A stretch of 39,645 nt of DNA from Bdellovibrionota bacterium (GTDB lineage Bacteria; Bdellovibrionota_C; UBA2361; OMII01), in the NCBI GenBank assembly GCA_044345405.1, contig JBIJBE010000036.1, forward strand, positions 1 to 39,645. Direction: 5' to 3'. Position 1 is the first letter of the stretch. Each line of letters begins with the position of its first letter. A model generated the notes under the pieces. The model saw only the letters and a list, made by a program, of their open reading frames with translations. It did no database searches and was not told where the DNA came from. Positions 1 to 9,425 of this stretch are shown here, piece by piece. The translations under genes were made by a program, and so were the position numbers.

Positions 1-193
1 CGTCAAAATATGACCTTGCCCGCAGTTCCTTGTCTCACTGTGGAAGGATCGCTGCACTGCAAGCACTGTTACCAGGCAGGTCGATAGTGCTGTACCGCAG
101 ATTATCTACCGCATAACTGAGTTTTTTGGTTCTACGGTGCCGCAGCAATTGAAAGTAGAGTGTTCCAGTGCGAGGAGTCGCATGAGTCTAGCG

Positions 194-1261
194 CTACGCC
201 GAAGGTGAGCTCGGTCGCGCGAGCTCGAGCCAAAAGAGCTGCGCTATGGCGATCAGCGCGGGACCGATGAAGACGCCGAGCAATCCGAATGACGCGGCGC
301 CACCGAGCACACCGATAAAAACAAGGATCGTTGAGAGCTTCGTTGTGTGGCTAATGAAGAGGGGCCGTAAGATGTTATCCACGGTGCTAACTACAACCGT
401 TCCCCATATCGCTAGTCCCACCCCGTGATACCACGGTAAATCGGTGCCGAAGAGGAGATACGCGGTCACCGGAACATAGACAAAAGGGGGACCGAACGGC
501 ACGAAGGAGACGATGAGCGTTAGGACTCCAAGGAGCAATGGAGTTGGAGCGCCAGCTACATAGTATCCGAACCCGGCAAGTGCACCTTGAGCGATAGCGG
601 TAGCTAGAACGCTATAAGCCGCGCCACGGACCGTGATGTGAACGGTATCGATTAGATTGGCGATCCCCTCGCCGCCGATCCGTTCAAGGATATTTCGTAG
701 TTGCGCGACGAGCAGCTCCCCATGTCTGTAGAGGATAAAGCATCCAACAAGGGAAGCGAATATCCCAACTGTCGTTGAGAGGAGTCCACGAGCCGCTGAG
801 GTTGCAAACGAGAAGATGGCGCCTTGATGCTCCTCAATGAAAGCCGCAATCGATCCAGAGTCACGTAAGAACGTAAGCACCGCTGCGCCGAGGAGCTCTC
901 CAACGAACGGCACAGACGCCAAAGAGTCCGAGAGCTGCTGAGGATCCGTCGCCCGAATTCGGGCTGCTAGCACTTTCACCTCCGATGTCAGTTGCACGGG
1001 GAGTGAAACGACGATGAGGACGAGGATGAATCCTAGGAGCAAGGTTCCGAGGAGCGGCGCAAGGTACGCAGGCTTCGGTACAATATCCCGGAGTCGAGTA
1101 TAGGTCGGCCACGTTGTGGTCGTGAGCACGATCGCCCACAGAAGTGGTGTCCAAAAGGGCTTCGCGATGATCCACAACGAGACCATGAACCCGATAATGA
1201 GCGCTCCGGTTAAGATCCGCAGGGCTATTCGATATCGTTCGCGCTGGTCCGAGTCATTCAT
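194..1261 (-). CDS. AI-2E family transporter (PerM/YdiK-like permease)
   Basis: 355 aa polytopic membrane protein with the family C-terminal motifs 'VDNILRP' and 'GVLGGAASFGLLGVFIGP'. Confidence 0.9.
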   Translation of the reverse strand: MNDSDQRERYRIALRILTGALIIGFMVSLWIIAKPFWTPLLWAIVLTTTTWPTYTRLRDIVPKPAYLAPLLGTLLLGFILVLIVVSLPVQLTSEVKVLAARIRATDPQQLSDSLASVPFVGELLGAAVLTFLRDSGSIAAFIEEHQGAIFSFATSAARGLLSTTVGIFASLVGCFILYRHGELLVAQLRNILERIGGEGIANLIDTVHITVRGAAYSVLATAIAQGALAGFGYYVAGAPTPLLLGVLTLIVSFVPFGPPFVYVPVTAYLLFGTDLPWYHGVGLAIWGTVVVSTVDNILRPLFISHTTKLSTILVFIGVLGGAASFGLLGVFIGPALIAIAQLFWLELARPSSPSA

Positions 1262-1567
1262 GGTGGAGATCTGTGGTAGTGGGCGTTACCGCTACAGATT
1301 GCTTCTCCTTGGTACGCTCGTCAAATGGAAACTTCCCTCATTGAGGAGCGGAAGAGAGAGATGCGGGCATCCTATGCTATTCTGGGACCTCTTTTCACCC
1401 CGGAAACAGAAGATCTTTGCTCGGGTACGTTCATGTTCACGTTTACGTAGCAAAGTTCGAAAAGTTTGCCCTAAAAAACGGATATGTAATAGGGGTATCC
1501 AGATGTGAATGTCGTCGTGCACCTGAGAGTATGACTAGCTACCGCTACTTGGTTTGGCGATGAGTCC

Positions 1568-1605
1568 AAATAAAAATGGTGAGGCGATCTCTCCACCTCA
1601 CCATT
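1568..1605 (-). terminator. Rho-independent terminator downstream of the GlsB/YeaQ gene
   Basis: Minus strand reads AATGGTGAGG-N11-CCTCACCATT followed by TTTATTT. Confidence 0.65.
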
Positions 1606-1652
1606 CATGCCTCGAACCATCTCCTTGGAGCCACCGGACAGATAACTCTACC

Positions 1653-1916
1653 CTACAGTCGGCTCGCTGATGTCGTTGGCGCTAGGAACCGATAGCCTAT
1701 CATCAACAAAATGGCTCCGATGACAGACATGATAAGACCCGCAGGCTCTCCCTCCGCGTAGAGGCCAAATACCCGCCCTATCAATGAACCAATAAGGGCA
1801 CCGGCTATACCGAGCACTGTGGTAATGATAAAACCGGCAGGGTCTCGGCCAGGCATGAGGGCGCGAGCGATGAGTCCGATCACGAATCCGATAATGATTG
1901 TCCAAATAATTGTCAT
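1653..1916 (-). CDS. GlsB/YeaQ/YmgE family stress-response membrane protein (transglycosylase-associated)
   Basis: 87 aa with 'IIIGFVIGLIARALMPG', 'LGIAGALIG' and 'SVIGAILL'; purine-rich RBS (GAGGGAAGG) upstream. Confidence 0.9.
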   Translation of the reverse strand: MTIIWTIIIGFVIGLIARALMPGRDPAGFIITTVLGIAGALIGSLIGRVFGLYAEGEPAGLIMSVIGAILLMIGYRFLAPTTSASRL

Positions 1917-2163
1917 AATACGCCTTCCCTCTTCTATAACCGCTTAACAGACCTGAGACCATTTCACTCTAAGTGGGCTCTTTTCACCATGTCACCGCTC
2001 ATGAGCAGCAAAGATGAACCCGCCGCCAGTGCAACCGCGTCGTTCCTCATCGATCGAATAAGGAGTACGGGCGCTGAACCGCTGAGTGAGCGGACATGAG
2101 GGAACAAGTGCGAGGATAGCGATCCTCCTAAGACATTTACGGAACGTAATTTAGTGCGCGCAA

Positions 2164-2676
2164 TCAATGATGAGGATAGGCACCGATATCCTGAGGGGGC
2201 TCTTCCCAGAGCGGTCTGATCGGCTCAGTCCGGTGAGCGAATCCTTCATCAATGCCGACCTTCTCCTCGTACACCAGCGATCCGCCGAGCCAGCCACCAA
2301 CGGTGAGGAATAGAAATCCCACATACGCCGGTAAAACCGTGATGAAATTTCTGGCGGCGAACGGCGGTCGAGCGAGAAACGCCACTAAAAAAGCTATCAG
2401 AGCCACCGTATTTACGATGATGTGATAGGTTGCTTTGTCCTTCGCCCTTGAGTTCTCGGGAAGTATCGATGTGAAATCGATCAGTCCGGGGATTGCGGCC
2501 AGCAACCCCATGACAACGCCCGCGATCATGCAATGTCCCGCCGTGGTGTAGAGCGACTCACTGGAAAGGACGCGACTCGCGATATCGAACACGACCGATC
2601 CAGTGAGGAACGCTATAGGAAACGGAATGAGCATAGGATGTATCGGGTGGTTCCCGATGACAGCTCTACTTCTCAT
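2164..2676 (-). CDS. DUF2231 domain membrane protein
   Basis: N-terminal 'HPIHPMLIPFPI', 'AAIPGLID', conserved His in 'YHIIVN' and 'GGWLGGSLVY'; four predicted TM segments. Confidence 0.85.
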   Translation of the reverse strand: MRSRAVIGNHPIHPMLIPFPIAFLTGSVVFDIASRVLSSESLYTTAGHCMIAGVVMGLLAAIPGLIDFTSILPENSRAKDKATYHIIVNTVALIAFLVAFLARPPFAARNFITVLPAYVGFLFLTVGGWLGGSLVYEEKVGIDEGFAHRTEPIRPLWEEPPQDIGAYPHH

Positions 2677-2678
2677 AG

Positions 2679-2999
2679 TTACCTTCGCGATCTGCTTGAA
2701 CGTGAAGCGGCTTTTCGGCTCGCTGGTTTACGAGCGGTGGAGCTTCGGGGGGAACTCCGCCCGGATTGTCCTCGTTCAGACGCTATTCGACCACGTGGTG
2801 ATGATGCCTTCCGCGCCGTAGCTTTACCCCGACTAGCGACACCTGACTGTTTTCCACCAGTGGTCTCTTTTTGTACGGGTGCCCATGAGCCGCTTGATGC
2901 TTTCTTGCGAGGTACGGTCCTCCCTTCGAGGCTCGTTTCGATTAGCTTGGCTTGTAGCTTCTGTTTCTGGGTGTATTTGGATGTATCGCCTCTTGGCAT
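2679..2999 (-). CDS. Small basic stress-associated protein (MPRGDK/T family, often mislabelled 'plasmid stabilization protein') with an R/K/S-rich tail
   Basis: N-terminus 'MPRGDTSKYTQKQK...WAPVQKETTGGKQSG' matches the family; strong AAGGAGGG RBS; low-complexity basic C-terminus. Confidence 0.75.
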   Translation of the reverse strand: MPRGDTSKYTQKQKLQAKLIETSLEGRTVPRKKASSGSWAPVQKETTGGKQSGVASRGKATARKASSPRGRIASERGQSGRSSPRSSTARKPASRKAASRSSRSRR

Positions 3000-3134
3000 A
3001 GTACCCTCCTTAGTTAGTACGGGCCTTACCTCACCATTGTTGGTCGCGATAATGACTGATCTTCGTCACAGTGTGACACGATGATGTATTTTTGATCTTT
3101 GAGATAAACTCGATGATCTTGGTTCGGGGCGGCC

Positions 3135-6100
3135 CTACGCACCCTCGGTTGAGGATGGAAGTCGTCCCCGACGCGCAAGCATCGCCATGACCACAGGAAG
3201 AACCAAAAGTGTCAGCGCGGTCGCCGAGAGGATCCCCCCAATTACAACTGTCGCGAGAGGACGTTGCACCTCGCTACCCGTGCCGTGCGAGATCGCCATC
3301 GGCACGAAACCAAGCGACGCGACAAGCGCGGTCATAAGCACCGGTCGCAATCGAGTCACGGCACCTTCCGTGATCGCTGAGAGAGCCGACTCTCCCCGCA
3401 TCAGAAGTTGCCGAGTAAAGCTCACGAGTACCAAACCGTTTAAAACCGCGACACCGGAGAGCGCGATGAATCCAACGGCTGCGGAGATTGAGAACGGAAT
3501 TCCACGAGCCCATAACGCGATTGCTCCCCCGGAGAGCGCGAACGGTATGCCGGAGAAGACGAGGAGCGAGTAGGTAAGGGAGCGGAAGGTGATAACGATC
3601 AGGCCAAAGACGCTCAACAAGACGACGGGTACGACGATGAGGAGTCGATTCTTCGCGTTGAGAAGGTTCTCGTATTGACCACCCCATCCGAACCAATATC
3701 CAGGAGGAAGTTGGATCGATGACCCGATTCGCGCTTGAGCCTCCTCAACGAAGGAGCCGAGATCGCGATTGCGAACGTTTGCGGTCACTACGATCCTCCG
3801 TTTCCCGTTCTCTCGACTGATCTGATTCGGTCCCTGGGTCACCGTTATGTCAGCGACTGAGGAGAGGGGGATAAAGGACGTCGTCGGCCCTTCTGGCTTC
3901 AGCTCCGTTCGAGCGTACTCCATGGAGTGATAGTGTGGGGCGATGTCGGCGGGAATAGGAATCGGGAGGCTTGAAAGAGCGAGAGTGTCGTTCTTCACGT
4001 TCTCGCCAAGTCGTATCACGATTGGGAAGTTTCGGTCCCCTTGATAGAAACGACTGACCTCTCGTCCCGCGTACGCGGTTTCAACGACCTCCTGGACATC
4101 CTGACTGCTCAGCCCCAGTCGCGCGAGTTTCTCGCGGTTCGGCTTCACCTCAACGATTGGAAGGCCTGTGACCTGCTCTACCTTGACATCAGAGCTCCCG
4201 GGAATTGAGGCAAGGATGCTTTCGACCTTCTGTCCATTCTCCAACAGAACGTCGGTGTCATCTCCGAAGATCTTAACCGCTACATCGCTCCGCACTCCGG
4301 CGAGGAGCTCGTTGAACCTCATCTGAATCGGCTGCGTGAACTCGTAGTTATTCCCTGGTACCTGGAACGCGATCTTCTCAAATCTCGCAACGATCTCCTG
4401 TTTGCTCAAGGATGGGTTTGGCCACTCGGAGCGGGGCTTTAACACAATGTACCCATCCGCGACGCTTGGGGGCATCGGATCGGTGGCGATCTCGGCGGTG
4501 CCGATTTTAGCGAATACATGACTGACCTCAGGCTCCTTTCTCAAGGCGTCCTCAAGTTGATACTGCATCTGAATCGCCTGAGTGAGCGAGGTCCCCGGAA
4601 TTCGAAGAGCATGCAGGGTGATATCACCCTCATCGAGCGACGGGATGAACTCTGATCCAAGCCGTAAGAAGAGACCGAGTGAGAGGAGCAGTACCGCGGC
4701 GGCGCTGACACATACCGCCCGAGGAATCTCGATAAGTCGGGAGAGAAGCGAGCGATACCAATTCAAAATCCGCTCCATGCGGGACTCATGCGTTGAGGTA
4801 GGATCGCCCTGCACGAAGATCGCTACGGCCGCTGGAACGAAAGTCAATGACAGGATGAACGCGCCCGCCAGGGCAAGCAGCACGGTGAGCGCCATCGGAT
4901 GGTACATCTTCCCCTCAACGCCGCTGAGCGCCAGGATCGGGATGTAGACCACCATGATGATGAGCTCTCCGAACATCGTCGCTTGTCGTACCTCGGATGA
5001 GGCCTTGAACACCACGTCGAGGCGCTCCTCTGTCGTGAGCTTTCGCTGAAGGTGACGCCGAGCCTCTCCTAATCGCTTGATGCAGTTCTCAACCAGAATA
5101 ACAGCGCCATCAACGATGAGTCCGAAATCGAGAGCGCCGAGACTCATTAGATTCGCGCTCAACTTGCTCTGGACCATCCCAGTGATGGTAATTAACATCG
5201 CCAGCGGAATAACAAGCGCGGTGACCAGGGCGGCTCGGATGTTCCCGAGCGCGAAGAAGAGAACCGCGACGACAAGTATCGCGCCCTCGGTCAAGTTTCG
5301 TTCGACCGTCGCTACGGTGGCTTTCACAAGGTCGGCTCGGTTGTACACCGTTCTGATGCGAACACCTTGCGGAACGGACTTTTGAATCTCCTCGATTTTG
5401 GCCGTTACCTTCTGAGACACGGCGAGGCCGTTCTCGCCGATTAACATGAACACAGTTCCCAGGACGACCTCACGGCCATCCTGTGTCGCCGCGCCGGCTC
5501 GCAGCTCAGAACCCTCGGCTACCGTGGCTACCTGTCCGATGCGAACAGGAGTTCCCTCGTGAACGCTTACGACAAGGTCATCTAACTCATGCACGTGATG
5601 AACCTGCGCGGGCACACGAACGAGGAACTGCTCGCCGTTTTTCTCGAAGAATCCCGCTCCGACGTTCGCGTTGTTTCGCGCCAGAGCCATGCCGATGTCG
5701 TTCAGGGTAAGCCCAAATGCGCGAAGCTTTTCGAGGTCGGGCGTCACAACGATCTGTTTAGACTCGCCCCCAATAGCGTTAACCTCAACCACGCCCGAGA
5801 TAGTCATGAGTTGAGGGCGAACGACCCAATCTTGGATCTCACGAAGCTCTTGAAGGTTGCGGTGAACGAGGGCGTTTGGTTCCTCCTCAACCACAAACAT
5901 GTAGATCTCGCCCAATCCTGTCGCGATCGGACCCATAGTTGGATTGATTCCCGCCGGTAGTCGCTCTTTTGACTCCTGCAACCTTTGCGCGATGAGTTGT
6001 CGAGCGAAGTAGATGTCGGTGCCATCTTTAAAGACGACCGTTACCTGTGAAAGTCCATATCGAGAAAGGGACCGGGTATACTCAAGGGAGGGGAGTCCTG

Positions 6101-6320
6101 CGAGGAGGAGCTCGATCGGATTCGTTACCTGTCGTTCAACTTCGAACGGAGAGTAGCCACTTGCTTGCGTGTTGATCTGTACCTGTACGTTGGTGATGTC
6201 CGGGACGGCGTCAATGACAAGGTGCCGTGCTGACGCCAGTCCGATGATAGCTACAACGAGTGTGATACCTAGCACCCAAAAGCGGTGCTTGATGGAGGTC
6301 TTCAGGATAAAATTGAACAT
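3135..6320 (-). CDS. czcA: CusA/CzcA family heavy-metal efflux RND transporter
   Basis: 1061 aa with 'IDAVPDITNVQVQINT', the proton-relay motif 'DFGLIVDGAVILVEN', 'RLRPVLMTA' and 'GSEVQRPLATVVIGG'. Confidence 0.95.
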   Translation of the reverse strand: MFNFILKTSIKHRFWVLGITLVVAIIGLASARHLVIDAVPDITNVQVQINTQASGYSPFEVERQVTNPIELLLAGLPSLEYTRSLSRYGLSQVTVVFKDGTDIYFARQLIAQRLQESKERLPAGINPTMGPIATGLGEIYMFVVEEEPNALVHRNLQELREIQDWVVRPQLMTISGVVEVNAIGGESKQIVVTPDLEKLRAFGLTLNDIGMALARNNANVGAGFFEKNGEQFLVRVPAQVHHVHELDDLVVSVHEGTPVRIGQVATVAEGSELRAGAATQDGREVVLGTVFMLIGENGLAVSQKVTAKIEEIQKSVPQGVRIRTVYNRADLVKATVATVERNLTEGAILVVAVLFFALGNIRAALVTALVIPLAMLITITGMVQSKLSANLMSLGALDFGLIVDGAVILVENCIKRLGEARRHLQRKLTTEERLDVVFKASSEVRQATMFGELIIMVVYIPILALSGVEGKMYHPMALTVLLALAGAFILSLTFVPAAVAIFVQGDPTSTHESRMERILNWYRSLLSRLIEIPRAVCVSAAAVLLLSLGLFLRLGSEFIPSLDEGDITLHALRIPGTSLTQAIQMQYQLEDALRKEPEVSHVFAKIGTAEIATDPMPPSVADGYIVLKPRSEWPNPSLSKQEIVARFEKIAFQVPGNNYEFTQPIQMRFNELLAGVRSDVAVKIFGDDTDVLLENGQKVESILASIPGSSDVKVEQVTGLPIVEVKPNREKLARLGLSSQDVQEVVETAYAGREVSRFYQGDRNFPIVIRLGENVKNDTLALSSLPIPIPADIAPHYHSMEYARTELKPEGPTTSFIPLSSVADITVTQGPNQISRENGKRRIVVTANVRNRDLGSFVEEAQARIGSSIQLPPGYWFGWGGQYENLLNAKNRLLIVVPVVLLSVFGLIVITFRSLTYSLLVFSGIPFALSGGAIALWARGIPFSISAAVGFIALSGVAVLNGLVLVSFTRQLLMRGESALSAITEGAVTRLRPVLMTALVASLGFVPMAISHGTGSEVQRPLATVVIGGILSATALTLLVLPVVMAMLARRGRLPSSTEGA

Positions 6321-6332
6321 CGCACGCTCCTA

Positions 6333-7580
6333 CTAATGGTCGTGGCTCGCTCCGTGTTTCAGGATGTCGGCTTTAATAGTGAAGGAGTTTTTGGTTACAT
6401 ACTCGGTGCCGGAGGAAAGCCCTGATTTTACCTCGGTCCAATTTCCATTCGAGATGCCGAGTTCAAGGGGTCTAGCCTCATAGGTTTCGCCATATTTAGC
6501 GAAGACCACGTTCCAGCTCCCGAGGGTTTGGAGTCCGGATGGGCGCACCGCTACAGGCACCTGCCTCTCTCCGACGACGAGATCTCCTGTGACAAACATC
6601 CCTGGAACAAGGAGCTGCTTATCGTTTGGAAGGACGACCCGTACCAATTGAGCTTGAGCTTTCTCATCCGCGTAGGGAGCGACATAATCGACGGTGCCCT
6701 TGAAGGTTTCATCCCCAGACGCTCCCTTTACAAGTACCTGCTGTCCAACCTTCACGGAGTTTCTCTCCTCAAGTGGAACGAAAAAGTCGGCCCACACCTC
6801 TGAGAGATCGGCTACGATGTAGACCCACTGATTTTCAGGAACGAACTCTCCCACGATAAGGTGCCCGTTTATCACGGAGCCCGCTATCTGAGAGCGAACC
6901 TCAAAGGGCTGTAAGCTTTGATTGCTCTCAATGATCGCTAAAACCTCTCCCTTGGCGACGGGGTCACCGATGTGTTTGCGACCCTCCTTAACGATGCCGG
7001 CGAATCGAGGAATGATATGAGCGATGCGGTGCTCGCTCGGGGTGATCTTTCCTCGCATGCGGATCGTTTGTTGGATGATCTGTGGCTTCGCCATCTCGGT
7101 CTCAACTCCTGATTCGCGCGCCACGTCCGGGGAGAGGGTCGTTCGTCCCTCGTACGAAGGATAGCTCCATCGCAGTGGGGTATTCCTGTAGGTCGCTTCG
7201 ACAGAGACATCAAAGGAGTGCGGCTCCGTGATCTCCTGGTTGCTTAACAAAAAGTCACCTTTCGGAGCGAAGGTGATCTGATCCAGTGTCCCTCCCAAGC
7301 GTCGCAGGGTGACGTTAAGGGAGAAGGCGTCCGGCGAAACGGGCTTTCCGTCATCGTAGAGATAGCCTCGGAAGTGAGGAGGGCCCCCCGCTTCATGAAT
7401 ACCGAGCTCGAGCTTAACGTTGCCCTCCGTAAGCACCCTGCCACCGTGGGGGCCGTGTTCCTCTTCGGCTTTCTCGTGATGATGCGAATGATCAGATTTT
7501 TTGCTGTCGCATCCAACAGCCGCAAACCCGATAGCTGACGCCAGAAGTACCGGTACGATGTGCGGTAGACCACTTAGCAT
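6333..7580 (-). CDS. czcB: Heavy-metal RND periplasmic adaptor (CzcB-type, short form)
   Basis: Lipobox AVGC, His-rich 'DHSHHH...HGPHGG', lipoyl-like halves, 'LVPGMFV' and C-terminal 'KADILKHGASHDH'; lies between czcC and czcA. Confidence 0.88.
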   Translation of the reverse strand: MLSGLPHIVPVLLASAIGFAAVGCDSKKSDHSHHHEKAEEEHGPHGGRVLTEGNVKLELGIHEAGGPPHFRGYLYDDGKPVSPDAFSLNVTLRRLGGTLDQITFAPKGDFLLSNQEITEPHSFDVSVEATYRNTPLRWSYPSYEGRTTLSPDVARESGVETEMAKPQIIQQTIRMRGKITPSEHRIAHIIPRFAGIVKEGRKHIGDPVAKGEVLAIIESNQSLQPFEVRSQIAGSVINGHLIVGEFVPENQWVYIVADLSEVWADFFVPLEERNSVKVGQQVLVKGASGDETFKGTVDYVAPYADEKAQAQLVRVVLPNDKQLLVPGMFVTGDLVVGERQVPVAVRPSGLQTLGSWNVVFAKYGETYEARPLELGISNGNWTEVKSGLSSGTEYVTKNSFTIKADILKHGASHDH

Positions 7581-8837
7581 TTAAACCTCCTCACCAACGA
7601 GAATAGAGAGACGAGCGCGCGCCATCGCCGCTTGCTGTCGTAAACTTAGACCTGTGAGCTGAGCCTCATTGAGAGCCCGAAATGTTTGCCACACATCGAG
7701 CACGCCCCCCTTGCCGCTCGTGTAGGCTCGTTCTTCCGCTTGAAGCGCGCCTTTGAACGCGGCTTCCACCTGAGCAGAGTAGATCTCGACCTGTCGTTCC
7801 GAACTCACCGCGGCGGCGTGTGTCGAGGTTACTTGAAGCTCAAGGCCTCCTTTGTTGATGAGATCCGACTTACGATTGGCGACGACACGTTCGGCCGCGG
7901 CGCGGGTTCGCTCAGCTTGATTTCGATTCCACAGTGGCAGCGGAATCGTGATGCCAGCTCCAACGAAGTCACCTCCGTCGTTCGTATGTTGGTAGACAAC
8001 GCGCGGCGCTACGGCGGGAAAGGCGTCGAGCTCCGCGAGTCGTAACTGCTCCGCCGCTAATTCCTGAATGATGTCGATTCGCGCTTTCTCGCTAATGCGG
8101 CTCGCCCGGGCTTTATCAAGCAGGGCCGCCGCCGCCGGAATTTTCGAAAACTGTGGAGCGCGCGTGGCGACGACGGAACATGTCGTACCGAGGGACATGG
8201 CGAGCTCCGCGCGTAAAGTTGCGAGCGCTGCCTCGGCTCCAGTGCGCTGCGCTTCCAATCTGAACTTCTCTCCTACGAAGAGAGACTCCGATCCCTGAGA
8301 GAGAAGCCCTTCCTTTACGTGTTTCTTAACGGTCGCGACCTTGCGACCCGCGTCATCCTCGGCGAGTTGCAGGATGCGCACCGTTTCCTGGAGAGCGTAG
8401 AGCCGTACGAAATTGACCGTAGTTTCCTGCGTGAATCCAAGCAGCTTGATATTCTTTTCAGTGTCACCAGCTTTTTGCAGAAGCTCGGCCACCTGGTCGC
8501 GTTTGCCAAAGTTCGAGAGCTTCATCGGTTGACTGAGTGTTACCGAGCTCTGCGGATCGTTTGCGCCTCCGATATACATTCGGGTCCAGGTCTCCTCAGC
8601 GGAAAGCTCCGGATTCGCCCACAGCTTTGTGTCGATCGCTTTAGCGAGTTGCATCGCGTAATCTCTATCGATCTCAGCGACGAGTGGACTGTTCGCGAGC
8701 GCGTGCGCGCGGAATTCCTCAAGAGAGGTTTTAAGCTCGCATGTCGATGGAGTAGCGCGAGCCACAACAGGAGAAATGAAAAGGCTAACACCGACAGAAA
8801 GGAGCAGCGTGGTCGCTATGAACGGGAAGGTTCTCAT
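7581..8837 (-). CDS. czcC: TolC/CzcC family outer-membrane efflux channel
   Basis: Signal peptide, 'WANPELS', 'GITIPLPLWNRNQ' and a helical OEP pattern; its stop codon abuts the czcB start. Confidence 0.82.
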   Translation of the reverse strand: MRTFPFIATTLLLSVGVSLFISPVVARATPSTCELKTSLEEFRAHALANSPLVAEIDRDYAMQLAKAIDTKLWANPELSAEETWTRMYIGGANDPQSSVTLSQPMKLSNFGKRDQVAELLQKAGDTEKNIKLLGFTQETTVNFVRLYALQETVRILQLAEDDAGRKVATVKKHVKEGLLSQGSESLFVGEKFRLEAQRTGAEAALATLRAELAMSLGTTCSVVATRAPQFSKIPAAAALLDKARASRISEKARIDIIQELAAEQLRLAELDAFPAVAPRVVYQHTNDGGDFVGAGITIPLPLWNRNQAERTRAAAERVVANRKSDLINKGGLELQVTSTHAAAVSSERQVEIYSAQVEAAFKGALQAEERAYTSGKGGVLDVWQTFRALNEAQLTGLSLRQQAAMARARLSILVGEEV

Positions 8838-8886
8838 GAGGTCCCTGATGCTACGTGATCGCCCCCGCGTAAGGTGTGACGCGTGT

Positions 8887-8923
8887 TATTGGGGAAACAA
8901 CCAATTCGCCCAATATCATAACA
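8887..8923 (-). promoter_or_regulatory. Candidate extended -10 promoter of czcCBA with an overlapping inverted repeat (possible operator)
   Basis: Minus strand TG-T-TATGAT (8915-8923) followed by TATTGGG-N15-CCCAATA (8887-8915), about 50 nt upstream of czcC. Confidence 0.4.
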
Positions 8924-8965
8924 ATTTCGCGGTATTCCGGCGAGCCTCACGCTGCTAAATTATAG

Positions 8966-9293
8966 GCTCCTTCTGACTTTTTCGCGATCGGCGAACCTCA
9001 TAAAACCGTTATGTTTTCTGGCCCATCCGATACCCGGAGGGTAAACCAGGTTGGAGCGCATAGGTTGGCGGTGTTTATGAACGGTCCCACTCGTATTTAG
9101 GCTGAGGCCCTACCCATCCATCCAGGTAGACTCTCGCGCGATCTCTTTCCAACAGCCAATACCGAACCGCTCGCGGAATATTCGCCTGACCAGGTGGAGG
9201 TTTCCGGTCGAATCGGTATCTCGGCTGGTGAGAAGCTCCCGCTGCGATTCTTTGTGAGGGATAGTCCTTTGGGTGAGTGGGCGGCGTGGATAA
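8966..9293 (+). pseudogene. mpg: Decayed DNA-3-methyladenine glycosylase (MPG/AAG family) remnant
   Basis: One frame reads PSDFFA...TVMFSGP...MNGPTRI*AEALPI...VEVSGRIGISAGEKLPLRFFVRDSP; after a 1-nt frameshift at 9268-9270 it continues WVSGRRG*. In-frame TAG at 9098. Confidence 0.6.
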
Positions 9294-9425
9294 CCTCCCT
9301 CCGATTTGTGAACAACGATGGTAAAAGTTCAACATGTTCCGTAGCCAGCGTTGGCTAGTTGACGTAGAACCTAAAAGGCTACCGGAGGTCCTGTGATGAC
9401 CTTACAACGCGGAAGGAGCGTGTCT

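Noticed and set aside
1-193. Possible gene fragment at the window start
   Set aside because: Short open frames exist on both strands but none has recognisable similarity.
1964-2167. 67-aa ORF between DUF2231 and GlsB
   Set aside because: TTG start, no recognisable motif or RBS; cannot be supported.
3049-3075. CRP/FNR-like site (TGTGA-N6-TCAGT on the minus strand) upstream of the basic protein gene
   Set aside because: Only a partial match that could arise by chance, with no supporting promoter geometry.
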